Assembly (NCBI GenBank): GCA_963741945.1
Contig: CAVUKA010000001.1
Span: forward strand, 864,001 to 928,000
Length of the DNA stretch: 64,000 nt
Direction: 5' to 3'
DNA from: an uncultured Gemmatimonadales bacterium
GTDB lineage: Bacteria > Gemmatimonadota > Gemmatimonadetes > Longimicrobiales > RSA9
Shown here: piece by piece, positions 10,630-20,358 of the stretch
How the letters are laid out: every line of letters begins with the position of its first letter
Position numbering within the stretch: position 1 is the first letter of the stretch
Notes under the pieces: generated by a model
Seen by the model: only the letters and a program-made list of their open reading frames with translations
What the model was told of the DNA's origin: nothing
The model's database searches: none
Program-made: the position numbers and the translations under genes

Positions 10630-11613
10630 TCATGGCCGCGGCGGGCGGCAGCGGTCGCCGGTGACGCGCGTGATCACGCCGCCCACTTCCTCCAGGCGGC
10701 GCTTCGCCTCGCCGACCTCCAGGTCGAGGCAGCCCATGACGATGGCCGTCTTCACGTGGCCATCGGCCGCGTCCAGCAGCCGCTCCGCGGCCGCACGGTC
10801 GAGCTGCAGCGTTTCCATCAGGATCCGCTCGCCCCGGTCCCGGAGCTTCTGGCACGTGACCTGGAGGTCCACCATGAGGTTCCCGTACACCTTGCCCAGC
10901 TTCACCATGGCCGCGGTGCTGATGGTGTTGAGCACCATCTTCGTGGCGGTGCCCGCCTTCATGCGCGTGGAGCCGGTGATGACTTCCGGGCCCACCAGTG
11001 GTGCGATCACCACGTCGTGCGCATCCGTCAGCGCAGCGGTGGGATACGTGCACAGCAGGAATCCCGTGCGCGCCCCCCGCTCCCGGGCCCGCCCCAGTGC
11101 GCCATGCACGAAGAGCGTCGCTCCAGAGCTGGCGATCCCCAGCACGAAATCGCTGGCGCCGACCTCTCGCTCGTCCATGGTTGCCGCGCCCGCCGACTCG
11201 TCGTCCTCCGCGCCTTCCCGCGCGCGGAACACAGCGTCGCGGCCGCCCGCGATGACGCCCTGAACCATGGACGGGTCCGTCCCGTAGGTCGGCGGCATTT
11301 CCGCCGCATCCAGGATCCCGAGCCGTCCGGACGTCCCTGCGCCCACGTAGATCAGGCGACCTCCGGCCCTGAAGCATTCCACCACCAGCTCAATGCACCG
11401 GGCGATCTCACGCCGCTCCTCCGCCACCGCCTGGGCCACCATCCGGTCCTCGGCGTTGATCAGGTCCACGATCTCGAGCGTGGAGAGCGCGTCAATGCGC
11501 GCGCTGCGGGGATTCCGCTGCTCGGTCAGCCGAGCTCCCTGCTCGCTCAGCCGGCCTTCGGCTGCCGCGGCTGGCTCGGTACGGTTGCTGGGTTCCGCGT
11601 CGTTCCGGTACAT
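10630..11613 (-). CDS. murQ: N-acetylmuramic acid 6-phosphate etherase
   Basis: TEQRNP, YVGAGTSGRLG, GPEVITGSTRMKAGTA, GKVYGNLMVD motifs; start uncertain. Confidence 0.95.
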   Translation of the reverse strand: MYRNDAEPSNRTEPAAAAEGRLSEQGARLTEQRNPRSARIDALSTLEIVDLINAEDRMVAQAVAEERREIARCIELVVECFRAGGRLIYVGAGTSGRLGILDAAEMPPTYGTDPSMVQGVIAGGRDAVFRAREGAEDDESAGAATMDEREVGASDFVLGIASSGATLFVHGALGRARERGARTGFLLCTYPTAALTDAHDVVIAPLVGPEVITGSTRMKAGTATKMVLNTISTAAMVKLGKVYGNLMVDLQVTCQKLRDRGERILMETLQLDRAAAERLLDAADGHVKTAIVMGCLDLEVGEAKRRLEEVGGVITRVTGDRCRPPRP

Positions 11614-11649
11614 TCGGCCGGTCTGAAAGGTATCTCTGGCCCCACGCCC

Positions 11650-12846
11650 ATGCGAGACTTCCTCCGCCACGCCCGCAGCATCCACGCCGAACTGACGGCG
11701 CTCCGCCGCGACATCCATCGTCATCCCGAGCTGTCCTTCCGGGAGAACCGGACTGCGCGCGTGGCCGCGGACGCCGTGGCCGCGGCCGGATTCTCGACCC
11801 GGCGAGGCGTGGGCGGCACCGGTGTGGTGGCGGATCTCGGGAGCGGTGGCCCCGTGGTGGCGCTGCGCGCCGACATGGACGCGCTGCCGATCGAGGAGCG
11901 GAACGACGCCGACTACCGCTCGACCCGGCCGGGCATCATGCACGCGTGCGGCCACGACGCCCACACCGCCATGCTCATTGGCGCCGCGCGGCTGCTCGCC
12001 GACGCACGGGAAGCCGGCGAGCTGCCGGCCGGCACGGTCCGCCTCCTCTTCCAGGCGGCCGAGGAGAAGGCCGACAGCAGGAACCGGAGCGGCGCCGCGC
12101 ACCTGGTCGCCGCCGGCGCCATGGACGACGTGAGCGCCGTGTTCGCGCTGCACGTGGCCCCGCACCTCTCTGCGGGGAAGGTGTTCCTGCGCGAGGGCGC
12201 CATCATGGCCGGCAGCGACACGTTCACCGCCCACGTCCTGGGCACCGCCAGCCACGGCGCTCGCCCCGACGAGGGCGTGGACGCCATCGTGCTGGCCGCG
12301 CACGCGGTGCTCGCGGCCCAGAACGGCGTCGCCCGCTCCATCGCGCCGGTGCAGTCCGGCGTCCTGACCATCGGGACGCTTCGCGGCGGGACGGCCGAGA
12401 ACGTCATCGCGGACCGCGTATCCATGGATGGGACCCTCCGGTACTTCGACCCGGAGGTACGACGGCGTCTGCGGACCGCCCTCGAGCGGGCCCTCGCCGT
12501 GGCCGACACCATGGGCGGCGCCCACGAGCTGGAGATCCGCGACGGCTACCCGCCCACCCTCAACGAGCCCACCATGACCGCTCTCGCCCGTGAGGCCGTC
12601 CGTGAGATCCTCGGCCCCGACGCCGTCTGGGAAGCCTCACCCATGATGGGCACCGAGGACTTCGCGATCCTCCTCCGCGAGGCGCCCGGCGCCCTCCTCT
12701 GGCTCGGCGCCGCCCCGCTCGATGGCCCCCGCCAGCTCCACAGCGCCACCATGGACCTCGACGAGGACAGCCTCCCCCTCGGCGCCGCCGTCCTGGCCGG
12801 GTGCGCGGCCGCGGCGCTCGGCGCGCTCGGAACGGCCGGCGAGTAG
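11650..12846 (+). CDS. M20 family amidohydrolase
   Basis: HRHPELSF, LRADMDALP, MHACGHDAH, FQAAEE, GTEDF motifs. Confidence 0.9.
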   Translation: MRDFLRHARSIHAELTALRRDIHRHPELSFRENRTARVAADAVAAAGFSTRRGVGGTGVVADLGSGGPVVALRADMDALPIEERNDADYRSTRPGIMHACGHDAHTAMLIGAARLLADAREAGELPAGTVRLLFQAAEEKADSRNRSGAAHLVAAGAMDDVSAVFALHVAPHLSAGKVFLREGAIMAGSDTFTAHVLGTASHGARPDEGVDAIVLAAHAVLAAQNGVARSIAPVQSGVLTIGTLRGGTAENVIADRVSMDGTLRYFDPEVRRRLRTALERALAVADTMGGAHELEIRDGYPPTLNEPTMTALAREAVREILGPDAVWEASPMMGTEDFAILLREAPGALLWLGAAPLDGPRQLHSATMDLDEDSLPLGAAVLAGCAAAALGALGTAGE

Positions 12847-12900
12847 CGGCTGGCCCGGGGACGGTTCGAGCCGCGGGGTGCTGCGAATCCCGGCGGCTCT

Positions 12901-13251
12901 CTAACCGGCCATCCGCTCGCAGGCGCTGGCGCAGCGGGTGGCCACCTCGGCCACGCGCTTCATGACCGGGTCGTCGAAGTCACGGCAGTTGTCCACCACC
13001 TCGCGGCAGATGTCCGCGCACAGGCCGCATGTCTTCGGGTGGTTGGGCGAGCCGCGCAGCATGAAGTTGGCAGCCGTCTGACAGGACTCGACGCAGTCCG
13101 AAAGGACGCGGATGAGGTGATTGGTGTTCTCCTGTCCCCCGTGGCGGAGCGCGTGCCCGGAGGCGGTGAGGCAGACCTGGTGGCAGCGCGTGCACGCATC
13201 GATGCACTCGGCCATGTCGGAGGAGAATTCCTTCCCTGCGGTTTCCACCAT
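12901..13251 (-). CDS. Cys-rich four-helix-bundle copper storage protein (Csp3/DUF326-like)
   Basis: CIDACTRCHQVC, DCVESC, CGLCADIC, CASAC; no signal peptide. Confidence 0.85.
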   Translation of the reverse strand: MVETAGKEFSSDMAECIDACTRCHQVCLTASGHALRHGGQENTNHLIRVLSDCVESCQTAANFMLRGSPNHPKTCGLCADICREVVDNCRDFDDPVMKRVAEVATRCASACERMAG

Positions 13252-13323
13252 CGTATGTCTCCCGGTTCGTGGGCTCGGATCGGATCCGTGCCCACGGGCG
13301 CCGCAAGCCCTACACCAGTCCGC

Positions 13324-14232
13324 TCACTCCCCCGCCAGCCACTCGTCGATGAGCATCCGGGAGAGGGCATGGGGAGGCGGGATCGTGATGTCGCCGGCAG
13401 CCAGTGCCGCGCGCAGCTCGGGGCGGGTGAACCAGCGGGCGTCGGAGATCTCGTCGCCGAGCCGCACTTCCCCCGCCTCCACCTCCGTCCGGAAGCCGAC
13501 CATGAGGGCATGGGGGAACGGCCACGGCTGAGAAGCGGCGTAGGTGGTGCGGGCGACGCGGAGCCCCACCTCCTCGGCCACTTCCCGGGCCACCGCCGCC
13601 TCCAGCGTCTCGCCCGGCTCCACGAAGCCCGCCAGTGTGGAGAAGCGCCCCTCCGGCCACGCCGGCTGGTGCAGCAGGAGTGAGCGGTGGCCCGCCCGCG
13701 GGAGGGTGATGATGGCGGGATCGGTGCGCGGGAAGTAGACCTCCCCGCACGCCTCCGACGTGCACACGCGCCGGTGGCCCGCCAGCTCCGAGCGCGTGGG
13801 CGCGCCGCACGAGCCGCAGAAGCGAGCGCGACGGTGCCACGCGTGAACGGCCGCGGCGTACGCGAACAGTGCGACCATCTCCGGCTCCAGCTCCGCCGAA
13901 ACCGTGCGCAGCCCCTCGAACCGCCCACCCGTCGTCTCCTCGAGCACCCGGGCTTCGGCGTCGTCCGCCGCGGCGCGGGCCGCGTAGCGAACGCCATTGC
14001 GCTCGCCGAGGAACACCAGGGCAGGCGGACGGACGTTCCGCGGCCCCGCAGGCGGAGCGGCGGGGATCTCCTCATCCGCGAGGAGCACGGCCTCTCCGTT
14101 CCTGAGGAGGGCGCGCGTCCCGTGGACCGTGAGCACTCGCAGCCCCGTCTCGGCCGTGCGGGTGCCCCGGAGCGCCGTGGCCCGGTCGAATGCCGGGTCG
14201 GAGGCGGGCGCGCCGGCGATGGCGTCGCTCAC
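13324..14232 (-). CDS. nudC: NAD(H) diphosphatase
   Basis: Zinc ribbon FCGSCG..C..C; Nudix box GFVEPGETLEAAVAREVAEEVG; SQPWPFP. Confidence 0.92.
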   Translation of the reverse strand: MSDAIAGAPASDPAFDRATALRGTRTAETGLRVLTVHGTRALLRNGEAVLLADEEIPAAPPAGPRNVRPPALVFLGERNGVRYAARAAADDAEARVLEETTGGRFEGLRTVSAELEPEMVALFAYAAAVHAWHRRARFCGSCGAPTRSELAGHRRVCTSEACGEVYFPRTDPAIITLPRAGHRSLLLHQPAWPEGRFSTLAGFVEPGETLEAAVAREVAEEVGLRVARTTYAASQPWPFPHALMVGFRTEVEAGEVRLGDEISDARWFTRPELRAALAAGDITIPPPHALSRMLIDEWLAGE

Positions 14233-14347
14233 GCAGCGCGGCAGCCGCGGCTCGGCCGGTCCGGGGCGGGCCCCGCCCGGCGGCGACCAGGGGTCCGGAC
14301 GCCGGCGTACCCGGGCCTGCGGAGCGGCGGCCTCATCGCCGCGCGCG

Positions 14348-15190
14348 TCACCGACTCACGGTCTTCGTGACGGTGATCGGCTGGTCGACCCGCACCACCA
14401 CGCGGGCGCCGCGCGGCAGCACGGCGTCCACATCGGCCGTGCCCATGGCGATGGCCGTTCCGGCCGCGGCCCCAATGGCCGCCCCCTTCAGCGTGGACGA
14501 CGTGTTCTTCCCGAGCACCTGGCCCAGGATCGCACCGGCGGCCGCGCCCGCCGCCACCTTGCCGGCCGTCTCCGCGGTGCTGGTGCGGTTGCTCCGCTGC
14601 ACGTCGGCGCTCTCCACCGATCCCTGCAGCGGGTAGCTCTCGCCGCCGAACGAGATTGCTTCGAACGCGAGCTTCATCGCCGCCGTCTGCCCCACGCGGT
14701 CCGACGGCGAGACGGCCGTCACGCGCCCGCGGACCGTGGCCCCGGCCGGAATGATCACCATGCCACTGGCATCTACGATGGGCGCACTGAGCGTGGCCGT
14801 GAACGAGTCGCCCGCGTGGGACGTCTTCGTGGACAGCTCGTCATTCATGCTCACGGCGAACGTGGTCCCGACGGGAACGGAGAGCGTGACCGTCCTGGGC
14901 TGCGGCGCCGGCTGCGGCTGCGGCGAGGGGGCCCGGGGCTGCGTGGTCCGGGGACGCTCCGTCGCCGGCTGGCGCTGCGGCTGCGGCCGTGCGGCGGGGG
15001 TCTCGCTGGGCGCCACGGCGGTGTCCTCGAAAGTGGCCGCCGCGCTGTCCCCGCCAAGGGCCACATTGAGGTCGCGATCCAGCTCGTCCTGCTGGAGGGC
15101 CTGCCGGTCGTTGTTGTCCCCGCACGCCAGCGGCCCGGCCAGCAACGGGAGCAGGAATGCCATGGTGGTCAGAATTCGGCCGCGTCGCAT
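14348..15190 (-). CDS. Lipoprotein with Pro-rich linker and glycine zipper
   Basis: Lipobox LACG; GAAAGAILG and GAAIGAAAG zipper. Confidence 0.75.
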   Translation of the reverse strand: MRRGRILTTMAFLLPLLAGPLACGDNNDRQALQQDELDRDLNVALGGDSAAATFEDTAVAPSETPAARPQPQRQPATERPRTTQPRAPSPQPQPAPQPRTVTLSVPVGTTFAVSMNDELSTKTSHAGDSFTATLSAPIVDASGMVIIPAGATVRGRVTAVSPSDRVGQTAAMKLAFEAISFGGESYPLQGSVESADVQRSNRTSTAETAGKVAAGAAAGAILGQVLGKNTSSTLKGAAIGAAAGTAIAMGTADVDAVLPRGARVVVRVDQPITVTKTVSR

Positions 15191-15247
15191 AGTCCACCTT
15201 CCGGTCGTTTTGCCGCTTGAACGGGTGCGAATATCCAGTTACTGTTG

Positions 15248-15263
15248 GGCAAAGGATATGCCA
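15248..15263 (-). promoter_or_regulatory. Sigma54 (-24/-12) promoter
   Basis: Minus strand reads TGGCATATCCTTTGCC (GG-N10-GC), about 60 nt upstream of the 15190 start. Confidence 0.7.
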
Positions 15264-15321
15264 CTGAAAGGCCGCAGGCCAGCCATCGTGCGGGCATGCG
15301 GCCTTGCTTCGACACGGGACC

Positions 15322-17148
15322 GTGCGGCTGCTCAAGCAACTCTATCCGTTCATCCGACCGTACCGGCGCGGGTACGCAGTCGGCCTCCTCCTCGTGGTCG
15401 TGGCCAATGTGTTCGCCATCCTGGCGCCGCGCCTCGTGGGGAAGGCCATCGACATCATCGAGACGGGCTCGCCCTCGATGGACGTCCTTCTCCGCTACGC
15501 CGGGCTGATCGTGGGCGTGGCCGTGGTCGGCGGCGCCGCGCGCTACGGGATGCGCGAGCTGCTGAACGGCTACTCGCGTCGCATCGAGACGGACCTGCGC
15601 GACCGCTTCTTCCGCCATCTCATGCGCCTCGACGCCACTTTCTACGCGCGCTGGCGCACGGGCGACCTGATGAGCCGGGCCACGAACGACATCCTGAGCG
15701 TGCGCATGGCCGTCGGCCCCGCGGTGATGTACAGCGTCAACACCGTGGTGCTGGGCGCGCTGGCGCTGGGCTTCATGCTCTCCGTCAGCCCGGTCCTGAC
15801 GGGCCTGGCCCTCGTGCCCATGGTGGCGCTCCCGCCCGTGACCCTGTACTTCGGCAAGCTGATCCACGGGAAGTACGAGTCGATCCAGGCGCACCTCGGC
15901 ACCCTCACCACGATGGTGCAGGAGAACCTGGCCGGCGCACGCATCGTTCGCGCCTACACGCGGGAGACGGAGCAGGAGCAGGAATTCCGGTCGCTCAACG
16001 AGGAGTACCTGCGCCGCAACATGGACCTGGTGGTCTCCACCGGAGCATTCTATCCCTCGCTCTCCTTCATGGCGGGGCTGGGCATGCTCGTGGTGCTGTA
16101 CGTCGGCGGACGACTGGTCACCGCCGGGACCATCACCATCGGGGACTTCGTCGCGTTCGGGTTCTATCTCACCATGATGATCTGGCCCATGATCGCGCTC
16201 GGCTGGGTCGTGAACCTGTACCAGCGCGGCGCCGCTTCCCTCAACCGCGTCCTTGCCGTGCTCGAGTCCGATCCCGAGATCGCTCCCGTGGCCGGCCTGG
16301 TGGGCGGCGACACGGCAGAAGCGGGCGACGGCGCCCGCAACGTTCGCGGCGCCATCGAGTTCCGTGACGTCCGCTTCCGCTACCCGGGGACCGAGCGGGA
16401 CGTGCTGAGCGGCGTCTCGTTCTCCATCCCGGCGGGCTCCACGGCCGCGCTCGTCGGTCCCACCGGGTCGGGGAAGTCCACCGTGGTGGCCCTCATGGCC
16501 CGGCTGTTCGACCCGACGGAGGGGACGGTCCTGCTGGATGGGCAGCCGCTCCCGGAGCTCCCCATCGAGACGGTGCGCGCGGCCATCGGCCTGGTGCCCC
16601 AGGACGCGTTCCTGTTCAGCGAGACCATCGCCGACAACATCGCCCTCGGCATCGACCGCGAACGGTTCGACGACGTCATGGCCCCCGTGCGCGCGGCCGC
16701 GGCCATCGCCCAGCTGGACGAGGCCATCGCCGGGTTCCCCCACGGCTACGAGACGCGCCTCGGCGAGCGCGGCGTCAACCTCTCCGGCGGACAGCGGCAG
16801 CGCGCCACCCTCGCCCGCGCCCTGGCCCGCGACCCCCGAATCCTCATCCTCGATGACGCCCTGTCCGCCGTGGACACACAGACCGAGCGACGCATCCTCC
16901 GCGGCCTCAAGGACGTCCTCGCCCGGCGCACTTCGCTCATCATCAGTCACCGTGTCACCGCCGTCATGGACGCCGACCTCATCCTCGTCCTGGACAACGG
17001 CCGGATCGCGGAGCGCGGCAGCCACGAAGAGCTGATCCGCGCCGGCGGCGTGTATGCCACGCTGCTCCGCCGCCAGCTCCTGGAAGAGGACCTGGAGGGC
17101 GGCGACGACGAGTCCGAGGCGGGCACGCTTGCCGCGTCTCCGGCATGA
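15322..17148 (+). CDS. ABC exporter, fused permease/ATPase (MdlA/YheI-like)
   Basis: TM domain; GPTGSGKST, LSGGQRQR, ILDDALSAVD. Confidence 0.92.
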   Translation: MRLLKQLYPFIRPYRRGYAVGLLLVVVANVFAILAPRLVGKAIDIIETGSPSMDVLLRYAGLIVGVAVVGGAARYGMRELLNGYSRRIETDLRDRFFRHLMRLDATFYARWRTGDLMSRATNDILSVRMAVGPAVMYSVNTVVLGALALGFMLSVSPVLTGLALVPMVALPPVTLYFGKLIHGKYESIQAHLGTLTTMVQENLAGARIVRAYTRETEQEQEFRSLNEEYLRRNMDLVVSTGAFYPSLSFMAGLGMLVVLYVGGRLVTAGTITIGDFVAFGFYLTMMIWPMIALGWVVNLYQRGAASLNRVLAVLESDPEIAPVAGLVGGDTAEAGDGARNVRGAIEFRDVRFRYPGTERDVLSGVSFSIPAGSTAALVGPTGSGKSTVVALMARLFDPTEGTVLLDGQPLPELPIETVRAAIGLVPQDAFLFSETIADNIALGIDRERFDDVMAPVRAAAAIAQLDEAIAGFPHGYETRLGERGVNLSGGQRQRATLARALARDPRILILDDALSAVDTQTERRILRGLKDVLARRTSLIISHRVTAVMDADLILVLDNGRIAERGSHEELIRAGGVYATLLRRQLLEEDLEGGDDESEAGTLAASPA

Positions 17149-17543
17149 AGGATATCTTGCCAGCAATGTCGGATTTCGACCCCACCATCCTGATCGTGGA
17201 GGATGACGACCTCCTCCGCGATGCCTTCAAGCTCCTCCTGGAGGACGCCGGCTACCAGGTGCTGGAGGCCGGCCGCGCGGCGGATGCGCTCCGCCTCGTT
17301 CGGGATCGGCTCCCCGCCGTTGTCGTGCTGGACCTCGGGCTTCCCGATGCTCCCGGCCTCGACGTGGTCCGGGCCATGCGCCAGGACCCGGAGCTCATGA
17401 CCACGCCGGTGATCGCGCTGACCGGGCGGGTGGGCGAGCGAGAGCGCCGGGCGTGCATGGACGCCGGGTGCGATCGTTACATGGCCAAGCCCGTGCCCCC
17501 AGCGGACCTGCTCCGGGAGCTCCCGACGCTATTGCGCCGATGA
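17145..17543 (+). CDS. Single-domain response regulator
   Basis: ILIVEDD, VVLDLGLPD, ALTG, KP motifs. Confidence 0.9.
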   Translation: MKDILPAMSDFDPTILIVEDDDLLRDAFKLLLEDAGYQVLEAGRAADALRLVRDRLPAVVVLDLGLPDAPGLDVVRAMRQDPELMTTPVIALTGRVGERERRACMDAGCDRYMAKPVPPADLLRELPTLLRR

Positions 17544-19336
17544 GCGGCCGGCGGTGGAACGACCCGGAGGCGGGCTGGATGGCGCGCCTCCGTCGCCGCT
17601 TCTACCTCGCATACTACCGCATCAAGTACCTGCCGTTCGCCCGCGAGAGGCGTGAGCGACGAGCACGCGCTCCGCACCCTGAGCGCGGGTTCGTCGCCAT
17701 ACAGATCGACGCGCTGGCGCACGAGGACCTCGAGCGCGCGCTGGCCCAGGGGCACATGCCGTTCATCCGGCGGCTCATCGAGCGCGACGGCTGGGACGTC
17801 CGCCGCTACCCGGCGGGGCTGCCGAGCGCCACGCCCGCGGCTCAGGCGGCCATCTTCCACGGCACCAAGGAAGGGATCCCGGCCTTCCGGTTCTACGAGA
17901 AGTCCGAGCGCCGGGTCATCATCGGCTCCCAGCCGTCGTCCATGCAGCACATACGCGACCGGCTCCCGGACCATGGCGTGCTGGACGGCGGATCGAGCTA
18001 CGTCAACCTGTACGACGGCGGGGCGGACCGGGCGGTCTGGACACTGTCGGATCGCAACCGCCGGACTTTCCTGGCGAACCTGGGCGGGCGACGGGCCCTC
18101 CTCCTGCTCCTGCTGCATCCGGTCCGAACGGTGCGGATGGTGCTCGTGGCCATGGTCGAGTACCTGCGCGAGGAGCGGGACCGGCTGATCAGCCAGTTCC
18201 GCGGACAGGCCACCTGGTACTGGTGGTACCTCCCTTTCCTCCACATCGGCACGAACGTCGTCCTCCGGGAGCTCCAGACTCTGTCGATCATGCTCGACAT
18301 CTACACGGGCGTGCCGGCGATCTACAGCACGTACAACGCATACGACGAGTTCGCCCACCACTTCGGTCCGTCCTCCCCCACCGCGTACAAGAGCCTCCGC
18401 GCGCTGGACCGCCGCATCAAGGAGATCTTCAGGCTCATCAACCGCATCCCCGGCCGGGCCTACGACGTCTACATTCTCAGCGACCACGGCCAGACGCCGG
18501 CCGTGCCCTACCGTGTCCGGTACGGCGAGACGCTGGGCGATACGGTGCTGAGGGCCGTCGAGGAGGGCGTGCTGACCATGGCCGGGACGGGCGAGTACGG
18601 GCCGCCCCGCGAGGCCGTGGAGTTCCTGGTCAGCGAGCTCGAAGGCGTGGCCGCCGGGGCCAGCATGCCCACCCGCTCCGTCAGCCGCAGCATCACGCAC
18701 TGGATCCGGAAGCACTACGGGGTTTTCCCCCTCACCGCCGAAGTGGTCCGCCCCCTCGAGGAGCACCGGCTCGTGCTCACCTACTCCTCCTCCCTCGCCC
18801 ACGTGTACTGGACCGATCCCACACGGGCGCTGACGTTCGATGAGATCCGCGGCGACCCGGACCGCCGCGCTCTCTACTACTTCCTGGTGGCGCACAGCGG
18901 GATCGGCGTGGTGCTCACCCGCATGCTGGACGGCGTCCACGCCGAGAGCGAGGCCGGCCGCGCGCTCGTGACCGCGGGCGGAGAAGTGGAAATCCTGGCG
19001 GGCGACGACCCGCTGGCCACCTACGCGCCATCGGAGCGCGAGCGCCGGGCCATCCTCCACCTGGTGCGGCTCCGCAACGCCGGCGACCTCGTGCTTTTCG
19101 GCGCGTACGACCCCGAGCAGGACCTGCAGGTCTGCTTCGACGATCAGGTGGGTGCGCACGGCGCCCTCGGAGGACGCCAGTTCTGGCCGTTCTTCCTCAG
19201 TGCGCCCGGGCTCGTCCCGTCCACGTACCCGATCCGGGACCCGCTCGACCTGCACCCGATCCTGGCCCGCTATCCGCTCCGGGAGCCCGGGAGCGCGGAC
19301 GTGGACAGGTCCCGGGGCGAGGTGCCGGCCCGCTGA
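17540..19336 (+). CDS. Alkaline phosphatase superfamily / type I phosphodiesterase-like protein
   Basis: IQIDAL, PSATP, YDEFAHH, LSDHGQ, GAHG metal-ligand motifs; ATGA overlap with upstream gene. Confidence 0.75.
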   Translation: MSGRRWNDPEAGWMARLRRRFYLAYYRIKYLPFARERRERRARAPHPERGFVAIQIDALAHEDLERALAQGHMPFIRRLIERDGWDVRRYPAGLPSATPAAQAAIFHGTKEGIPAFRFYEKSERRVIIGSQPSSMQHIRDRLPDHGVLDGGSSYVNLYDGGADRAVWTLSDRNRRTFLANLGGRRALLLLLLHPVRTVRMVLVAMVEYLREERDRLISQFRGQATWYWWYLPFLHIGTNVVLRELQTLSIMLDIYTGVPAIYSTYNAYDEFAHHFGPSSPTAYKSLRALDRRIKEIFRLINRIPGRAYDVYILSDHGQTPAVPYRVRYGETLGDTVLRAVEEGVLTMAGTGEYGPPREAVEFLVSELEGVAAGASMPTRSVSRSITHWIRKHYGVFPLTAEVVRPLEEHRLVLTYSSSLAHVYWTDPTRALTFDEIRGDPDRRALYYFLVAHSGIGVVLTRMLDGVHAESEAGRALVTAGGEVEILAGDDPLATYAPSERERRAILHLVRLRNAGDLVLFGAYDPEQDLQVCFDDQVGAHGALGGRQFWPFFLSAPGLVPSTYPIRDPLDLHPILARYPLREPGSADVDRSRGEVPAR

Positions 19337-19340
19337 GGAG

Positions 19341-19362
19341 GAGCCGCGGACGGACGCGGCTC
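19341..19362. terminator. Hairpin between convergent genes
   Basis: GAGCCGCG-gacgga-CGCGGCTC; no U tract. Confidence 0.45.
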
Positions 19363-20279
19363 AGCGCATCCCCCGGTACCCGATCATTCTTGTACACCAG
19401 CTTGGCCACCAGGAAGTCGGGCGCGTGCAGCCCCGGGATCGGGGCCAGCTCGACCACGTCGGCGGCGTGCACCGTCGTCGCTTCGAACACCCGCCGGAGG
19501 AGCTTGAGCACCGGGTACCACGTGAGGCCGCCCGGCTCCGGGGTGCCCGTCGAAGGCACCAGCGCGGGATCGAACGCGTCCACGTCGAAGCTGATGTAGA
19601 CGTCCGGGCCGAGCAGCCCGAGCACGCGGTCCATCCACTCTTCGGAGTCGTGGATCTCGTCGGCGTAGAAGACGTGCAGGTTGTCCCGCTCCTTCACCAG
19701 CTTCGCCTCATCGGCCGTCAGCGCCCGGATCCCGACGGCCACCAGGTCCACGTCCTCGTGCACCCGGTGCATCACCGAGGCGTGGCTGTACGGCGTGCCC
19801 TCGTACTCCGGCCGCAGGTCCGTGTGCGCGTCGAACTGCAGCACGCTCAGGCGGCGACCCTGCGCCGAAAGCCGGTCGGCCCACGCGGAGATCGGCGCGC
19901 TCGAGACGCTGTGCTCACCCCCCAGCAGGATGATGAACCGCTCGTCGCCCGCGTCCAGGAGGCGATCATAGACCTCGCGGAGCTCGCCGATCGCCCCCTC
20001 CGCACCCCCGCCCGTGAGCTGGAGCTGCGGCAGCGTGGCGATCCCCATCTCGTATGGCTCCGCGTCCAGCTCCTGATCGTACAGCTCGATGTAGCGCGAC
20101 GCTTCCAGAATGGCGCCCGGGCCGCCGGCCGTTCCGCCGCCATAGCTGGTCGTGGACTCGTACGGGACCGGGAAGATCACGGCGCGCGCGCGCTCGAAGT
20201 CGCTCGCTCCCTCGTCCAGCCCCAGGAAGTTGTGCGGCAGCTCCCACTCCTGTCCGCGCAGCGATTCCGGCAGTTTCAT
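19361..20279 (-). CDS. speB: Agmatinase with an apparent 1-nt insertion near the 3' end (as written it reads to 19197)
   Basis: LGGEHS, FDAHTD, SFDVDAFDP, GTPEPGG motifs; removing one A at ~19388 gives YKMIGYRGMR-stop. Confidence 0.9.
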
Positions 20280-20358
20280 GACGCCCCCACCCCATGGTTC
20301 CGAATGCACGAGGGGCCCCCGACCGGGAGCCCCTGCGTCTCTCTGGTTCGGCACCGCG

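Noticed and set aside
12901-13251. CTRCH as a heme c site
   Set aside because: No export signal; part of a Cys-rich helical pattern
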